Notes: generated by a model not told the origin, from the sequence alone. Shown: positions 21,039 through 30,914, counted from the first letter of the stretch. The stretch: 64,000 bases of DNA from Entomomonas sp. E2T0 (GCF_025985425.1 NZ_CP094972.1:2963540-3027539), one strand, 5' to 3'. Program-made: numbers and translations.

Positions 21039-21599
21039 TTAACGTCTTACTGGTCGTTTTTGTAGTTTACGTTGTAATGTACGACGATGCATACCTAATG
21101 CTCTAGCAGTAGCAGAAATATTACCATCATACTCACTAAGCACACGTTGGATATGCTCCCATTCCAAACGATCAACTGACATTGGACTATCTGGAATCAG
21201 CTTATCAACATCCACATGCTTAGCCAATAGTGCTGCTAGTACATCATCTACATCTGCTGGTTTACATAGGTAATTACAAGCACCCCTTTTAATGGCCTCA
21301 ACTGCGGTAGCAATGCTAGAATAGCCTGTCAAAATCACAACACGCATTTCAGCATCAACTTCTAGTAACTTAGGTAATAATACTAGACCAGATTCACCAT
21401 TCATTTTTAAATCAACAACAGCATATTCTGGTGTATCTTCATTAGCTATTTTTAATGCTTCATCAGAAGTACTAGCAATTGAAACACGCAAACCTTTTCG
21501 AGCCAATACACGCGCCATAATATGAGTAAAGGTTTCGTCATCATCCACTAATAATAAATGTGGTTGCTCATCCCCATCAAATAAGACTTCTTCTGTCAT
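21039..21599 (-). CDS. RegA/PrrA/ActR (RoxR)-family response regulator with Fis-type HTH
   Basis: Receiver domain ([10 protein letters not shown]…D-loop…KPADVD) plus a C-terminal [21 protein letters not shown] helix-turn-helix, which is typical of RegA/RoxR. Confidence 0.8.
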   Translation of the reverse strand: MTEEVLFDGDEQPHLLLVDDDETFTHIMARVLARKGLRVSIASTSDEALKIANEDTPEYAVVDLKMNGESGLVLLPKLLEVDAEMRVVILTGYSSIATAVEAIKRGACNYLCKPADVDDVLAALLAKHVDVDKLIPDSPMSVDRLEWEHIQRVLSEYDGNISATARALGMHRRTLQRKLQKRPVRR

Positions 21600-21609
21600 A
21601 ATAACTCTC

Positions 21610-22911
21610 TTATGATTGATTTTTTATGCGTGGTAATTGCAATATTGCTATTGTCCCTTTTTCTTTATGATTATACAACTTCAAACTACCACCTGCACGA
21701 ATAACACTCACCTGACTTAAATATAAACCTAAACCAAAACCTTTTTCTTTAGAAGAAACAAAAGGCTTAGCCATGCCATCTTCCATAAACGAAGGTATAC
21801 CTGATCCTTTATCATGAATACTAATAGTAAAATCATTTTTAGTCCATGCTAACTCAATGTCTATCTCTTCTGGGCAAGCATCAGCGGCATTATTTAAAAT
21901 ATTTAATAGTGCCTGACTAAGAATAGTATGAGGTTTAAATATAGGCTCATCACTCTTACCTAGTAGCTGATAGTGGTAACTTACCTCTGGACGCATCAAA
22001 TGCCAACGTTGCAAAATGGTATGTAACCAACTAGTAACCGTTTGCAGTTTTATATCATGTAGTCGTTCAGCTTCCGCAGCTCGGACTAACTGTTGCAAAC
22101 TACCTTTACATAGCTGAACTTGGCTTTGCAATAATGCTAAATCATCCTGTAATGCTTTATCAGTATAAGTATCCTGTAAATCCTTTAATAATACATTCAT
22201 GGTAGATAGTGGAGTACCTAGCTCATGTGCAGCGCCTGCTGCTTGTGCTGCTACCGCTAGTAACTGTTGATCATGCAAACCTTCTTCACGCCATTCTGCT
22301 ATTTTCTGGTCTTGTTGTCGTAAAGCAATCGCCATTTGACTTACAAAAAAACCAATCAATACAGTAGAAAATGTAAAACTTAACCACATTCCTACTAAAT
22401 GCAAATTAATTAACAATGTTTCGGTATCGCCCGCCCAAACACTCTGGATTTGCAAAGGAATATTCCATATCCATAATAAGCTATAACCTAAAATAGCATA
22501 CCCCACTAAACACAGTGTATAGAACCAAGGTAAGGTGGCAGCGGCAATAGTAATAGGCACTAAAAAGTAAGATACAAAAGGATTAGTCGCCCCTCCTGTA
22601 CAATATAAAAGTAAACAATGGATGGTTAGGTCATAAGAGAGCTGTATAGTGTATTCAATATCAGAAACAGGCCATGAAATATAAGTTAATCGAACTACGG
22701 TTAAAATACATAAAATAGCTGACCCAACAAAAGAAAAAATAAGCACATCCCAAGGCAAATCAAATAGCTTATAAATATAACAAATAGCTACTGAAATAAT
22801 CTGTAAAGACAATACTAATACTCGTATTGAAACTAGTCCCCATAAATTAAGCCGACTAGCAAAAAACCATTTAGCTGGAACTAACATAAATTCTCTTATT
22901 AATCCTAACAA
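21610..22911 (-). CDS. RegB/PrrB/ActS (RoxS)-family redox-sensing histidine kinase
   Basis: Six TM segments contain the RegB-specific GGxxNPF motif (GGATNPF). H-box AAHELGTPLS and a conserved redox-box cysteine (QVQLCKGSLQQL) are present, followed by a C-terminal HATPase. Confidence 0.75.
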   Translation of the reverse strand: MLGLIREFMLVPAKWFFASRLNLWGLVSIRVLVLSLQIISVAICYIYKLFDLPWDVLIFSFVGSAILCILTVVRLTYISWPVSDIEYTIQLSYDLTIHCLLLYCTGGATNPFVSYFLVPITIAAATLPWFYTLCLVGYAILGYSLLWIWNIPLQIQSVWAGDTETLLINLHLVGMWLSFTFSTVLIGFFVSQMAIALRQQDQKIAEWREEGLHDQQLLAVAAQAAGAAHELGTPLSTMNVLLKDLQDTYTDKALQDDLALLQSQVQLCKGSLQQLVRAAEAERLHDIKLQTVTSWLHTILQRWHLMRPEVSYHYQLLGKSDEPIFKPHTILSQALLNILNNAADACPEEIDIELAWTKNDFTISIHDKGSGIPSFMEDGMAKPFVSSKEKGFGLGLYLSQVSVIRAGGSLKLYNHKEKGTIAILQLPRIKNQS

Positions 22912-23049
22912 CTACCAAACTACTTCTATTCTGGTAACTTAATTTAACTAATTTCTAATATATTTATACGACCATCGTAATAGATAATCGAACCAATCAT
23001 CCTACTACTTATCAATATTAAAGATGTCCTATTATACGGAGAAATATTA

Positions 23050-24771
23050 ATGAGTACTAAGCAAGTTGCACAAATTGTCATAGAAACTCTACAAGAAGCT
23101 GGCGTAAAGCACTGTTATGGAATTGTAGGAGATACACTTAACTATGTTACTGATGCTATTCATAAAAGCCAGATTGATTGGATTCATGTTCGCCATGAAG
23201 AAGTAGGTGCTTTTGCCGCAGGTGCAGAGGCTTATTTAACAGGACACCTTACAGCTTGTGCTGGCTCATGTGGCCCAGGCAGTTTACATTTTATTAATGG
23301 TTTATTTGAGGCGCATCGTAATGGTGCACCTGTGGTACTAATAGCCAGTCAAATTGTTACTGCTCAACAAAATACTGATTTCCCACAAGAAGTAGACTTT
23401 AAAGCAGTTTATAGTACTTGCTCGGTTTTCTGCGAACAGATTATTAATCCCAAAGAAGCTAGAAAAATAACAACAATGGCTGCACAAACTGCACTAAACA
23501 AAAAAGGGGTTGCTGTTATTATTTTACCTGCTGATATCAGCCAAGCAGAAGTAGTTGATATACCTGCTATTAAAACTTATCATCCTAATCCTATTACTAT
23601 ACCTAATAATGATGAGTTACAGCAAATAGTTAGTCTTATAAAACAAGGTAAAAAAATAGGTATTTACGCCGGCCTTGGTTGTCAATATGCTCATGATGAA
23701 CTCATTGCCTTAGCCGCAAAACTCAAAGCACCTATTGCACATACCTCACGTGCTAAAGATTTTGTAGAGTATAATAACCCCTATAACGTAGGTCTAACAG
23801 GTATGTTTGGTATGGAGTCTGGTTTTCACATGGTAAAAAACTGTGACACCTTACTACTACTAGGTGCAGACTTTGCTTGGTCACAATTCTATCCAGATAA
23901 AGCCAATATTATTCAAATTGATAAAGATGCTTCTCACTTAGGTAGACGTCACCCTATTGCTTTTGGTGCAGTAGGTGATATTAAAGCAACCTTAACTGCA
24001 TTATTGCCATTAATCAGTGAAAGAGAAGATACTAGCTTTTTAGAACAACATCAAAAAATGCACATTAATGCAACCACTAAACTAGATAAAAAAGCACAAA
24101 GTACTAAAAGTGGCCAAATTCATCCTCAATATCTAGTAGAACTACTAGATCAATATGCTACAGATGATGCTCTATTTACAGCCGATGGTGGCTCTCCCAT
24201 GGTATGGCTAATGCGTCACATTAATACTAATGGTAAACGCCGTACCCTTACTAGCTTAAAGCATGGCACAATGGCTAATGCGATGCCACAAGCTTTGGGT
24301 TTACAAAAAGCCTTTCCTAATCGCCAAGTTATCTCTATTTCAGGGGATGGTGGTTTAGCTATGTTACTAGGTGATTTATTAACAGCTATTCAAGAAAACC
24401 TACCTATTAAAATAGTAGTACTTAATAATGGTTCACTGAACTTCGTAGAACTAGAGCAAAAAGTTGAAGGTTTAGTAGATAACTATACTGATTTAAAAAA
24501 TCCAGATTTTGCAAAACTGGCAGAAGTAATAGGGTTTTATGGACGTAAAGTTACAGAGTCACAAGACTTAGAAGTAGCTGTTAAAGAATTCTTAGCACAA
24601 TCAGGCCCTGCCCTCTTGGATGTACATACCAGTCCCTATGAACTAGTTATGCCACCTCAAATAGAAATGGGGCAAGTTATGGGCATGGCTTTATATGGAG
24701 CAAAGGCAACTCTGGCAGGTCGAGGTAAAGAAGTAGTTAGTTTATTAGTAGATAACTTTTTGAAAAAATAA
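23050..24771 (+). CDS. poxB: pyruvate dehydrogenase (quinone) / pyruvate oxidase PoxB (ThDP/FAD enzyme)
   Basis: Collinear with E. coli PoxB along its whole length (VRHEEVGAFAAGAEA…CAGSCGPG…GDGGLAMLLGD…). 573 aa. Confidence 0.85.
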   Translation: MSTKQVAQIVIETLQEAGVKHCYGIVGDTLNYVTDAIHKSQIDWIHVRHEEVGAFAAGAEAYLTGHLTACAGSCGPGSLHFINGLFEAHRNGAPVVLIASQIVTAQQNTDFPQEVDFKAVYSTCSVFCEQIINPKEARKITTMAAQTALNKKGVAVIILPADISQAEVVDIPAIKTYHPNPITIPNNDELQQIVSLIKQGKKIGIYAGLGCQYAHDELIALAAKLKAPIAHTSRAKDFVEYNNPYNVGLTGMFGMESGFHMVKNCDTLLLLGADFAWSQFYPDKANIIQIDKDASHLGRRHPIAFGAVGDIKATLTALLPLISEREDTSFLEQHQKMHINATTKLDKKAQSTKSGQIHPQYLVELLDQYATDDALFTADGGSPMVWLMRHINTNGKRRTLTSLKHGTMANAMPQALGLQKAFPNRQVISISGDGGLAMLLGDLLTAIQENLPIKIVVLNNGSLNFVELEQKVEGLVDNYTDLKNPDFAKLAEVIGFYGRKVTESQDLEVAVKEFLAQSGPALLDVHTSPYELVMPPQIEMGQVMGMALYGAKATLAGRGKEVVSLLVDNFLKK

Positions 24772-24772
24772 A

Positions 24773-25342
24773 CTAGCTTTCATTTCTAAGGGCTAATGCC
24801 CTTAGAGATTGATTATTTACTGTTAGCCAAGCAAACAAAATACCACTCAACATTCCTGTGATATGCCCCTCAAAGGATACCTCTGCACTTGGTAATAAAC
24901 CAAAAACAAAACCACCATATAACATTATTACTATAATGCAGATTAGGAAATTTTTTATAGTCCTATCAAAATAAGCATTACCCAACAGTAATCCCCATAA
25001 ACCAAATATCCAACCACTAGCACCAATATGGGAGGCTGCTCGCCCTACCAACCATAATAATAAGCCACCCACAACAATTATAAAAATACTAGCGACAATA
25101 AAATAGCGTATGGAACGCAACATACAAAGCCATGCTAAAACCACAAAACAAGATAAATTGCCTAGTAAGTGCAATACTCCACTATGAATCCAAGGAGAAG
25201 TAAAAATTCCCCATAATCCATCTAACCTACGAGGAATAACACCATAATTTGCTAAGCCGCCAGCTAAAACCATATTAATAATCTGAACACCTACCATTAA
25301 TAGGGTAATAGCCAGTACTATCCGTACTTGTTTACTCAGCAT
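24773..25342 (-). CDS. rhomboid-family intramembrane serine protease
   Basis: Six TM helices. Rhomboid catalytic GxSG motif (HIGASGWIFG) and a downstream His in a TM helix. The start overlaps the stop of the upstream 1819-aa gene by 11 nt. Confidence 0.75.
   Translation of the reverse strand: MLSKQVRIVLAITLLMVGVQIINMVLAGGLANYGVIPRRLDGLWGIFTSPWIHSGVLHLLGNLSCFVVLAWLCMLRSIRYFIVASIFIIVVGGLLLWLVGRAASHIGASGWIFGLWGLLLGNAYFDRTIKNFLICIIVIMLYGGFVFGLLPSAEVSFEGHITGMLSGILFAWLTVNNQSLRALALRNES
24786..24805. terminator. bidirectional hairpin between convergent poxB and the rhomboid gene
   Basis: CTAAGGGC-taat-GCCCTTAG. The hairpin lies inside the last codons of the minus-strand rhomboid ORF and 15 nt after the poxB stop. 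Confidence 0.45.
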
Positions 25343-28300
25343 CTTCTTGATAAGAACTTTCTGTAGGTTTACCTGCTTTTACTTTCGTATCAATCGATTG
25401 TTTAGGGTGCATACCTACATGCTGTCCTAATAGCTTCAGCTCTGTAATAATATCTTGCATACGCTGATGATTACGTAAATCTAAATCTAGCTTTTTATCC
25501 ATGGTTTTTAACATAGGCATAAAGCTATATTCTAGTGTTTCAGCTAATGTAGTTAATACTGCGTCTAAACCAGGCACAGGTTGATTTACCACTTGAATAT
25601 TAGTTTCTGGCTTATCTTGTAAAGCCTCACTAATATGAGCTAATGGTTTTATCACTTTATCCCATGGGGCTGGCTCTGGCTCTTTATCCATTACGTCGGC
25701 TATATGGGCTATACCAGAAAGCATTTTATCCCAAGGCGCTGGTTCTGGTTTTTGTTTTAAAGCAGCTATCATTTCAGCAAACTGCCCTATTACACTTTCC
25801 CATGGTGCACGCTCAGGCTCAGGTCGTGTTGCAATATTTTTAACTCCCTCAGAAAGATCAACTAACTGAGCTACCACACGGTTACCAATATTGTCGTCAC
25901 CACCCATCGACTTATTACGCAAGAAATCACGTTTAATTTGTTCCCAACGCTCTTGTTGCTGCTCAGTCATATTACCGCGTATTTCAGCCAGTTTAAGTAG
26001 ATTCTCTTCAGCACCTGTCGTTAATAGCTGTGCTTCACCTTGATAATGGTCTTCAAGCAATTGCATCAACTCTTGCTCATTCATTACCGCCGTAATTTTT
26101 TCCGCCAGCTTATTCATATTACGATAACTACCTTGTAACTTGAATGGCGGTTCAACCCGATATTTATCAGCTTGGGCGGCACTAGCAATATATTGTAAAT
26201 TTACTCTGTATACTAAATCACGAGCTCTCATTAAGTGTTGTAAGGTAGCAACAATTTCATTAACTTCAGCTGTACTGTAATCATAACTTAATTCATTACT
26301 TGAGAAAGGCTTACCTTCAGCTTTATCAATAAAACGGTAAAGGTCTGCCATATCACGAGTAGCTAAAGGCGCTAGTATAGGATTAGAAGTTAAACAGTTT
26401 TCAAGATAGCTAAGACGGAATACATCTTCCATGCCGCCTAATACATCACCTAGATTATAGATATCCGCACGGTTAGCTAACATATCAGGAATCTTAAAGA
26501 CTTCACCAGACTCTGTATAAGGGTTACCTGCCATGATGACACAGAACTTTTTACCACGCATATCGTAGGTTTTAGTTTGGCCTTTCCAAACACCTTCAAT
26601 ACGACGAGTACCATCACAAAGCGAAATAAATTTTTGTAAAAACTCAGGGTTAGTATGTTGAATATCATCCACATACAGCATTACATTATTACCCATTTCC
26701 AATGCTAGATTAAGTTTTTCCAACTCTTGTCTAGCAGTAGCATTAGGTGCTTGTGCTGGATCGACTGAAGTAACTTCATGACCAATTGCAGGGCCATTAA
26801 TCTTCATAAAGATTAAACCTAAACGATTAGCCACATACTCCATCAAGGTTGTTTTACCATAACCGGGTGGAGAAATAAGCATTAATAACCCCATAAGGTC
26901 AGTACGTTTGTTCTCCCCCACTGTACCCATTTGTTTGGCTAAGTTATCGCCAATCACACCTAAGTAAATGTCATTGATTAAGCGGTTACGAACAAATGAA
27001 CTCAATGGCTTTGGCTTAAACTCTTCTAAACGCAGGGCATTTCTTTCCCGATTAATAACTTCTTGACGGTATTCTTGATAACGTTTGAAATTAGGTACAA
27101 ACACTTGTTGCTGATAACCAAAGCGCTCATAAAAATCATCAATCCCTAGAATCATTTTGGTATTTTGAATGCGCGAATGTTCTCCCATCAAACCTTCAAC
27201 AGAGAAACGCAAATCCATTTCTGTAAAACGCCAAATTACACTACTATCCAATAAGCTAAGTGCTACTGCTTCTGGAATATAGCTTTGTAAAGCAGTTAAG
27301 TCATCATCGGTTTCAATCACTACATCATTATCATTAGCCTGACAAAGTGCAGTAAACCATCTTTCCGCTAACTCCCAACGAGCTAAAGTACGGCCTTGTA
27401 AGTTAGCTAATGACTGTTGAAAACCAAGCCACATTTGTGCTGCTTCTAAACGTTTCTGCAGTGTTTCCATTAATTGTTTAGCATAACGAGTAAAGGTAAA
27501 CTCAACATTTACACCAGCAGAAAGCACAGCTACTAAATATTCAGCTGCCATCGAACGCTCTTGCTTATCAACAGGTAAGCCATGAACTTCTAAATAGCTA
27601 TCCATTGCTTGTGCAATTTCTATTTGTAAATCTTTTAATGCTTGTTGGCTTCCAAATAACTTAGCCATATTCATTGCAGTATGAGCACGTTCAGGCCATT
27701 TTTCAGCTTCAATATTTTCTTTCCAACGTCCCCAAAATAGCGTTGCAAAACCACGTGCTAATGGTGGGTAACGTAATAAACCAACACTACGATGTAATGG
27801 AATTAATTTACCTAACAATAAACAAGCATCATGATCATGAATGCCTCGCTCATAGCCATCACGATAACGAGGAGCTGCAAAATCACGTACCGTTTTTTCT
27901 AATTGAGCAGGATCTTTTAACTGTTGCTCTAACAGATCAATGCTTAAACCATCTTTATTTTGTTCTGCTGTTTGTAAAATAAGTCCAGCTAAATATTCAC
28001 CACGATATAAATCAGGTGATTCTGAGTCTGTAGTATATTGCCAATAGTCCCGTAGCTCATCTAACTCCGTAGCCCCTAATGATTCAAAATAATCAGTACC
28101 TGTTAAGTGAGTATAAAGTTGCTCACCTCGTGGCATAATGGTTAAATCAAGCTCTTGCGTATTAACACTAAAGCGATGGCGAGGGCCTAATTTAATAACA
28201 TTACCACCCGCTTCAAAGATTTCTGACTTATCTCTTAAACTACGAATAGCCTGATCTTTAGTTGATTTTAAACGGGCATCAAGATCATCTGCCCTTACGC

Positions 28301-30791
28301 TATCTTTTAACTCTCTTAATTTGTCTGATAATTCACGTAACTTTAAAGCTAAAGGGTCACCTGCAAAGAATGCATTTAACTCTTCTTGATTAGTGAAACG
28401 TTCTGTACGACGTTTCATACTCTCTAAAATACGTAGTGCAGCATCTTGTAGAGATTGTGCTTTACGTTGTCTTTCATCCAATAAAGCTTGTTTATGAGTA
28501 TCAAATGTCTCTAATAATTCTTCACGTTTAGCTAGAATATCAGTCAAAAATTCTTCATTATCACTAAACTGACTTTCTAACTCTTCCAACTGTACTAATA
28601 AACGAGATAATTGATCATCACAACGCTCAGGGTCAGTTGCTAAAGACAACGCATTAGTAATTGATTGTGTGAACAGTGTAAATTGAGCACCAAATTGGGC
28701 AACTGACTCATTACTTCGTAATGACTTACGACGTTGTTCAGACCTCGCTCTAGCTTGATTTAAGCGGCCATAAATGGCTGAAATAGCCTCTACAATTAAA
28801 GTACGTTGATTCGCATCATCAATTTTTAATGTACTCATCAATTGCGAAAGTGTGTCAAGATCATCGCCTAGCCCTTTTAAGCCAGTCAACGGTTCTTCTA
28901 ATTGCACAACTGTTGTAGCAGCTTGCGCTTCAGCATCTAAAGCTTCTAACTTTTCTGAGAATGGTTCTAATGCTTCTGGTGTTGATAAAAATACACCTGT
29001 TGCTTCTGAAATATGCAACTGTGATTTTTTTAACTGTTCTTCTAAAAAATCAACACGTGCCACATCCATATAACGGTAGTCACGTATTGTTAGTAAGTAT
29101 CCTAATTGCTTAGTGATAGCATGCAATGCATCTACATACTCCTGAATAGTTTCCCAACTATCTGGACGTAATGAAGTAATTAATGTTTTTTGTTGTTCTT
29201 CTGCTTGTACTAGTGTTTCGGCAGATTGGCGACGAATACTTTCTACTTTTTCATATTCATCTAACACCGCTTCACTAGTTGCAGCAATTTCTCGAACTGA
29301 TTGAACAATATCGCCGCAATGATTATCAGTCAACCAACTATAACTATCTAATAATTTACGAATATTTTCACGAATCAAGTTATAGTGATTAACTGATACA
29401 GATTTACTATCAATGTCTCGACCTAAACTATAAAGATCAGAAATACCTCTTACTAATTCTGGATTGCCAATACGCCCCCAAAATGTATTACGGGTAGGTT
29501 GTCTGGCAGCAAACTCTTCTGAAAGATAAGGTGTTTGCCATATTTGCATTGGATGAACACGAATAGGTTCACTACCTTCACTGGCAAAAATAACCATTTT
29601 GCCATCATCAAAACGCGCATAACCATGCCCCAAAATAGGATTTTGGAGGCGTCTTTCAATCATATTATAGGTAAATAACGCACTACGCCCTTCACTTGGT
29701 TCATAAAAGATATAAAGTACATCTTCACCATTAGGAGATTTTACAGAACGCTTGAATCGCATCCCCTCCATAGACTGATCAAACTTTTTATGCTCACCAT
29801 TTTGCAAATAATATCCACCAGGGAAAATAATGCCATGATCCTCTGGTAATTGAACACAAGACTGACCAATAGCATCTATTCGCTCTACATTTTGTGTAAT
29901 GGTGTTATAAACTAGATAACGCCATATATCTTCTCTATAAGGTAATATTTTTAATAAAACTAAACTACCTAATTGAGCATATTCGATGATCGCGTCATCT
30001 ACTGACTGTGTTTTATCCGTTACAGGTTCGCTATAGATACCTAAACCTGTTGTTGTATTATTCTCTACTTTAATGGTTAGATCACCACCTGTAGTTTCTA
30101 CAAACACAGTATCTAAAATATTAATATGAGGAAACTTACCATTTACCCGCATATCGCGGTTAGCTTTTTGCCACTCAAAATCATAAGGAGCAGGCAGAGC
30201 AATATCACGCTCGCCACGATTATCAATATAACTAATTTGCTTATGATCTGCAGACAGTGCCCAACGGAAAACACGGATATCCGTTATCTTGTCACCCATC
30301 TGGAAGCTAGCTAATAACTTACCATTATTTTGGGTCAGTTGTAATAAACGTGCATCCTTATAGTATGCATAAAGCTCTGTATAATCTCGTACAAAATTAG
30401 GGTCTTTTAAAAAAGTGCCCTCTAGCTCTACGTGCTCTACATCAAAGCCTTCTTCTACCTCAATTAATTTATACAGTGAAAAAACATCTTCAACTCGAGT
30501 TTCTTTTTTAAGGCCTAAAAATACATTGTATCCAAACAGTAACCAATCACCTGCGCGCACAATATCACGAGCAACACTATTATTTTCAGTACGAATACGA
30601 ATTCGCCCAATCACTTCCATGTCACTACGTTTAAACTCATCTAAACGCTTTTGATTAATAATTTCTATTTGCTTGCGTAATTGCTGACCTTGATCTTGTA
30701 AACGCTTATTTAACACTTCATAAGCGCCACCTTCAGCAACTGCTTTATCTAGTAATTCTTGCTCTTGTGCTACTGCTTGGGAATCAACCAT
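25332..30791 (-). CDS. giant (1819 aa) AAA+ ATPase-domain protein of unknown family
   Basis: A single P-loop core sits near residues 1300-1460: Walker A ISPPGYGKTT (nt 26847-26864), Walker B NVMLYVDD about 60 aa later, sensor-1-like CVIMAGNP, and Arg-rich LANRAD. This is the MoxR/dynein-type AAA+ order, not the split SMC/SbcC arrangement. A long coiled-coil-prone charged middle region spans roughly residues 500-870. Three tandem approximately 23-aa repeats ([KRE]PEP(ER)APW[ED]..) lie at residues 1656-1727. Confidence 0.6.
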   Translation of the reverse strand: MVDSQAVAQEQELLDKAVAEGGAYEVLNKRLQDQGQQLRKQIEIINQKRLDEFKRSDMEVIGRIRIRTENNSVARDIVRAGDWLLFGYNVFLGLKKETRVEDVFSLYKLIEVEEGFDVEHVELEGTFLKDPNFVRDYTELYAYYKDARLLQLTQNNGKLLASFQMGDKITDIRVFRWALSADHKQISYIDNRGERDIALPAPYDFEWQKANRDMRVNGKFPHINILDTVFVETTGGDLTIKVENNTTTGLGIYSEPVTDKTQSVDDAIIEYAQLGSLVLLKILPYREDIWRYLVYNTITQNVERIDAIGQSCVQLPEDHGIIFPGGYYLQNGEHKKFDQSMEGMRFKRSVKSPNGEDVLYIFYEPSEGRSALFTYNMIERRLQNPILGHGYARFDDGKMVIFASEGSEPIRVHPMQIWQTPYLSEEFAARQPTRNTFWGRIGNPELVRGISDLYSLGRDIDSKSVSVNHYNLIRENIRKLLDSYSWLTDNHCGDIVQSVREIAATSEAVLDEYEKVESIRRQSAETLVQAEEQQKTLITSLRPDSWETIQEYVDALHAITKQLGYLLTIRDYRYMDVARVDFLEEQLKKSQLHISEATGVFLSTPEALEPFSEKLEALDAEAQAATTVVQLEEPLTGLKGLGDDLDTLSQLMSTLKIDDANQRTLIVEAISAIYGRLNQARARSEQRRKSLRSNESVAQFGAQFTLFTQSITNALSLATDPERCDDQLSRLLVQLEELESQFSDNEEFLTDILAKREELLETFDTHKQALLDERQRKAQSLQDAALRILESMKRRTERFTNQEELNAFFAGDPLALKLRELSDKLRELKDSVRADDLDARLKSTKDQAIRSLRDKSEIFEAGGNVIKLGPRHRFSVNTQELDLTIMPRGEQLYTHLTGTDYFESLGATELDELRDYWQYTTDSESPDLYRGEYLAGLILQTAEQNKDGLSIDLLEQQLKDPAQLEKTVRDFAAPRYRDGYERGIHDHDACLLLGKLIPLHRSVGLLRYPPLARGFATLFWGRWKENIEAEKWPERAHTAMNMAKLFGSQQALKDLQIEIAQAMDSYLEVHGLPVDKQERSMAAEYLVAVLSAGVNVEFTFTRYAKQLMETLQKRLEAAQMWLGFQQSLANLQGRTLARWELAERWFTALCQANDNDVVIETDDDLTALQSYIPEAVALSLLDSSVIWRFTEMDLRFSVEGLMGEHSRIQNTKMILGIDDFYERFGYQQQVFVPNFKRYQEYRQEVINRERNALRLEEFKPKPLSSFVRNRLINDIYLGVIGDNLAKQMGTVGENKRTDLMGLLMLISPPGYGKTTLMEYVANRLGLIFMKINGPAIGHEVTSVDPAQAPNATARQELEKLNLALEMGNNVMLYVDDIQHTNPEFLQKFISLCDGTRRIEGVWKGQTKTYDMRGKKFCVIMAGNPYTESGEVFKIPDMLANRADIYNLGDVLGGMEDVFRLSYLENCLTSNPILAPLATRDMADLYRFIDKAEGKPFSSNELSYDYSTAEVNEIVATLQHLMRARDLVYRVNLQYIASAAQADKYRVEPPFKLQGSYRNMNKLAEKITAVMNEQELMQLLEDHYQGEAQLLTTGAEENLLKLAEIRGNMTEQQQERWEQIKRDFLRNKSMGGDDNIGNRVVAQLVDLSEGVKNIATRPEPERAPWESVIGQFAEMIAALKQKPEPAPWDKMLSGIAHIADVMDKEPEPAPWDKVIKPLAHISEALQDKPETNIQVVNQPVPGLDAVLTTLAETLEYSFMPMLKTMDKKLDLDLRNHQRMQDIITELKLLGQHVGMHPKQSIDTKVKAGKPTESSYQEDAE

Positions 30792-30914
30792 TTAATGCCC
30801 CATTTAATTAACAAGGCGACCTAGGCCGCCTTAATTATTACTACAATGGCCTGTTAAATATAAAGTCAGCCAGATTATTTAAGCCTACTCCATCCTTGGA
30901 GTTAATTTAATCCA

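Noticed and set aside
25332-30791. Possibility that the 1819-aa protein is an SMC/SbcC/Rad50-type 'DNA repair ATPase'
   Set aside because: Walker A and Walker B are only about 60 residues apart in a contiguous AAA+-like core near residue 1300-1380. An ABC-type split head has them at the N- and C-termini. I found no signature LSGG motif. The genomic context is membrane proteins, not nucleases.
25332-30791. Possibility that the giant protein is a bacterial dynamin-like GTPase, which is often operonic with membrane-remodelling genes
   Set aside because: No G1 GxxxxGKS/T followed by G2-G4 (DxxG, T/NKxD) GTPase motifs are visible. The P-loop context (SPPGYGKTT … hhhhDD … N-sensor) is AAA+-like instead.
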